Below are positions 43,406 to 45,229 of a DNA stretch of 45,229 bases, in pieces. Each line of letters starts with the position of its first letter. Within the stretch, counting starts at the first letter, position 1. The translations under genes and the position numbers were made by a program. The stretch comes from a phage. The stretch is taken from sequence record OZ346221.1. One strand, 5' to 3'. The notes under the pieces are model-generated. The model did not search any database. It was not told the origin of the DNA and was given only the letters and a program-made list of their open reading frames with translations.

Positions 43406-44548
43406 ATGCACCCGCAAACTAAAATCACCGACGAGCAATTGATTGCTGAATTACAATCCGGCGCTACATCGAAAGAGATTTCTAAGAAGTACGGCCTTTC
43501 CCTCCGAAATGTCTACATGCGCAAAGCCCGCCTGTCGAAGAAAGGTATTGGTCATGGTAACGATGATGTAATCCGTAAGCGCGTTGCCGATGGCTTTGGT
43601 GTTAAGCGCGTATCCGCCCTGGTACGCGGCAATGGCGAAGAGGTCATGTCGTGGGTTATCACTGAGCAGGACAAGGAGCGCCAGCTTGAAGCAATGCGCG
43701 CCGTTGTCGAGGGTATGAACAGCGAGATCACACCGGCAGCACCAGTAAGCGCCCCACCAGTCCCGATCCAGGCACTTGACCTACTCAACCTGTACACCGT
43801 GTCCGACTTCCACCTGGGCATGTTGGCCTGGGGCGAGGAGACTGGCGAGGACTGGGATATGGCGATCGCCGAAGACCTGTTTTACCGCTGGTTTGTCGAA
43901 GCCTTCGCACGCGCACCGGACGCAGGCACTGCCGTGATTAATATCCTCGGTGATATGGCGCACTTTGATAGCCTCGATGCCGTCACTCCTGCCAGTGGTC
44001 ACATACTGGACGCAGATACCCGATACCAGAAGTTGGTCCGCTACATGATTCGCATGGTGCGTAACGTGGTAGACCTGGCGCTGCAAAAACACCACAAAGT
44101 CAAACTGCTAATCGTCCAGGGGAATCATGACGAGTCGGGTATGATTTGGCTGGCTGAGATGTTCAATACTCTGTACGAGAACGAGCCGCGCGTCGATGTG
44201 GATACGTCCCCTGACGTCTACAAAATGGTGCAGCACGGCAAGACCACGCTATTCTTCCACCACGGGCACAAAGCGCGATTCGATGCGATCGAGCAGGTTA
44301 TGATTTCTAAATTCAGACAGGCTTTCGGGTCCAGTGAGTACAGCTACGCGCACGTAGGCCACTTGCACCACCAGAAGATTGTAGAATCCCGCAACATGAT
44401 TGTTGAACAGCACCGGACACTCGCAGCGAAAGACGCATACGCAAGCCGCGGCGGTTGGATGTCCGGCCGCAGTGCCAACGTCATCACCTACAGCGCCAAT
44501 TACGGCGAAGTAGCGCGCTTAACCATTAGCCCGGAAATGTTGAAGTAA
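43406..44548 (+). CDS. metallophosphoesterase with N-terminal HTH-like domain
   Basis: 380 aa; calcineurin-like motifs DFHLG, GDMAHFD, GNHDE, HHGH, GHLHH; N-terminal ATSKEISKKYGLSLRNVYMRKARL resembles an HTH. Confidence 0.6.
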   Translation: MHPQTKITDEQLIAELQSGATSKEISKKYGLSLRNVYMRKARLSKKGIGHGNDDVIRKRVADGFGVKRVSALVRGNGEEVMSWVITEQDKERQLEAMRAVVEGMNSEITPAAPVSAPPVPIQALDLLNLYTVSDFHLGMLAWGEETGEDWDMAIAEDLFYRWFVEAFARAPDAGTAVINILGDMAHFDSLDAVTPASGHILDADTRYQKLVRYMIRMVRNVVDLALQKHHKVKLLIVQGNHDESGMIWLAEMFNTLYENEPRVDVDTSPDVYKMVQHGKTTLFFHHGHKARFDAIEQVMISKFRQAFGSSEYSYAHVGHLHHQKIVESRNMIVEQHRTLAAKDAYASRGGWMSGRSANVITYSANYGEVARLTISPEMLK

Positions 44549-44564
44549 CGGCAACCCGTACCCC

Positions 44565-44594
44565 TCCCAGCCTGCCGATTTGGTGGGCTTTTTT
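44565..44594 (+). terminator. weak hairpin plus T-run upstream of terS
   Basis: Imperfect GC-rich stem around GCCTGCCGATTTGGTGGGC followed by TTTTTTG (approximate coordinates). Confidence 0.3.
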
Positions 44595-44678
44595 GTGCCT
44601 GTTATAATCCCCGTTAGATGGCAGGGCCGTCTCCTATGTTGCCGATGGTCGGCGCATATGAACAAAAGGGCTTATATC

Positions 44679-45229
44679 ATGGCAGAAATCAAAGTTAAGG
44701 GCCGACGCGCCAAACTGGACGGACGAGTGGCGGTAACCCCGCGCCGTAAACCAGGCGAGCAAACCGAGCATACTAATCTCGGACCGGAGATCGAGTACGG
44801 AAAGCGTCGTAAAGGCGGCAAATGTGGACGCCCTACTGACTACCGATCCGTTTACTGCGACCAGCTTCGTCGCTATTTCGCCGACGCCGACGCCTGGCAG
44901 GTCAACTACTCCGCTAAAGGCGCTGCGCAAGTAATCCCCCGCAACAAAATGCCAACCTTCGGTCGATTTGCCGCGGAAATCGGCGTGGGCGTAGCTTGCC
45001 TGTATCGCTGGGCGCGTGCGCATGAGGAGTTCGCTGAGGCGATGGCGGACGCAATGGAGTTACAAAAAACCTTCCTGATGGAAGCTGGCGGCGTGACCAT
45101 CGCGGCGGGCTTCGCAACATTCCTGCTTAAAGCAAACCACGGCGTCCGCGACGATGTGCCGCTGGATGACGACGAAGATGATAACGGCGACGTCGTAGTG
45201 GAACCTTCCGGCAAAGGCCAGGGTGAATA
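44679..45229 (+). CDS. terS: terminase small subunit (frame runs off the window end; stop completed by position 1)
   Basis: RBS AAAGGG then ATG at 44679; HTH-like PTFGRFAAEIGVGVACLYRWARAH; acidic C-terminus; no in-frame stop in the window, the last TA plus A of position 1 gives TAA overlapping the terL ATG. Confidence 0.7.
   Translation, partial: MAEIKVKGRRAKLDGRVAVTPRRKPGEQTEHTNLGPEIEYGKRRKGGKCGRPTDYRSVYCDQLRRYFADADAWQVNYSAKGAAQVIPRNKMPTFGRFAAEIGVGVACLYRWARAHEEFAEAMADAMELQKTFLMEAGGVTIAAGFATFLLKANHGVRDDVPLDDDEDDNGDVVVEPSGKGQGE

Overview
The window looks like one complete, circularly permuted tailed-phage genome of about 45.2 kb, opened at the terL start codon. The terS frame that starts at 44679 runs off the 3' end and is closed only by joining its last two bases (TA) to the A at position 1, giving a TAATG stop/start overlap. 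Layout: (i) 1-22.9 kb, rightward packaging/head/tail module with a lambda-like tail gene order (terL, portal, MuF-like, scaffold, major capsid, connector proteins, major tail, G/GT with a -1 frameshift, tape measure, M/L/K/I/J-like tip, tail fibre with S74 chaperone domain); (ii) 22.9-35.5 kb, leftward early/replication operon (acidic first gene, Cas4-like exonuclease, gp2.5-like SSB, family-A DNA polymerase, VRR-NUC, SNF2-like helicase, C5-methyltransferase-like gene, HNH-like, Dam-type methyltransferase, HAD-like hydrolase); (iii) 35.5-35.9 kb, divergent early promoter hub with a candidate small RNA; (iv) 35.9-45.2 kb, rightward operon (HTH protein, primase-helicase with a diverged tandem partial duplication, small genes, holin/antiholin/endolysin, Ig-like protein, HTH-phosphoesterase, terS). 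No integrase or CI-like repressor was recognised, so the phage is probably virulent. The most unusual content is non-coding: two ~164-bp copies of a GCGGGACA iteron element 29 kb apart (one next to the primase-helicase), a family of TGCAACCAA dyad motifs at promoters, and a promoter-to-terminator unit for a ~58-nt RNA. Also notable are a C5-methyltransferase-like gene broken by a single-base frame change at a GGG run, and a reverse-strand lipoprotein gene beside the tail-fibre genes. All functional calls come from reading the translated ORFs and the DNA by eye; no searches were run. Coordinates for CDS follow the ORF track; coordinates for terminators, promoters and repeats are hand-indexed and may be off by a base or two.
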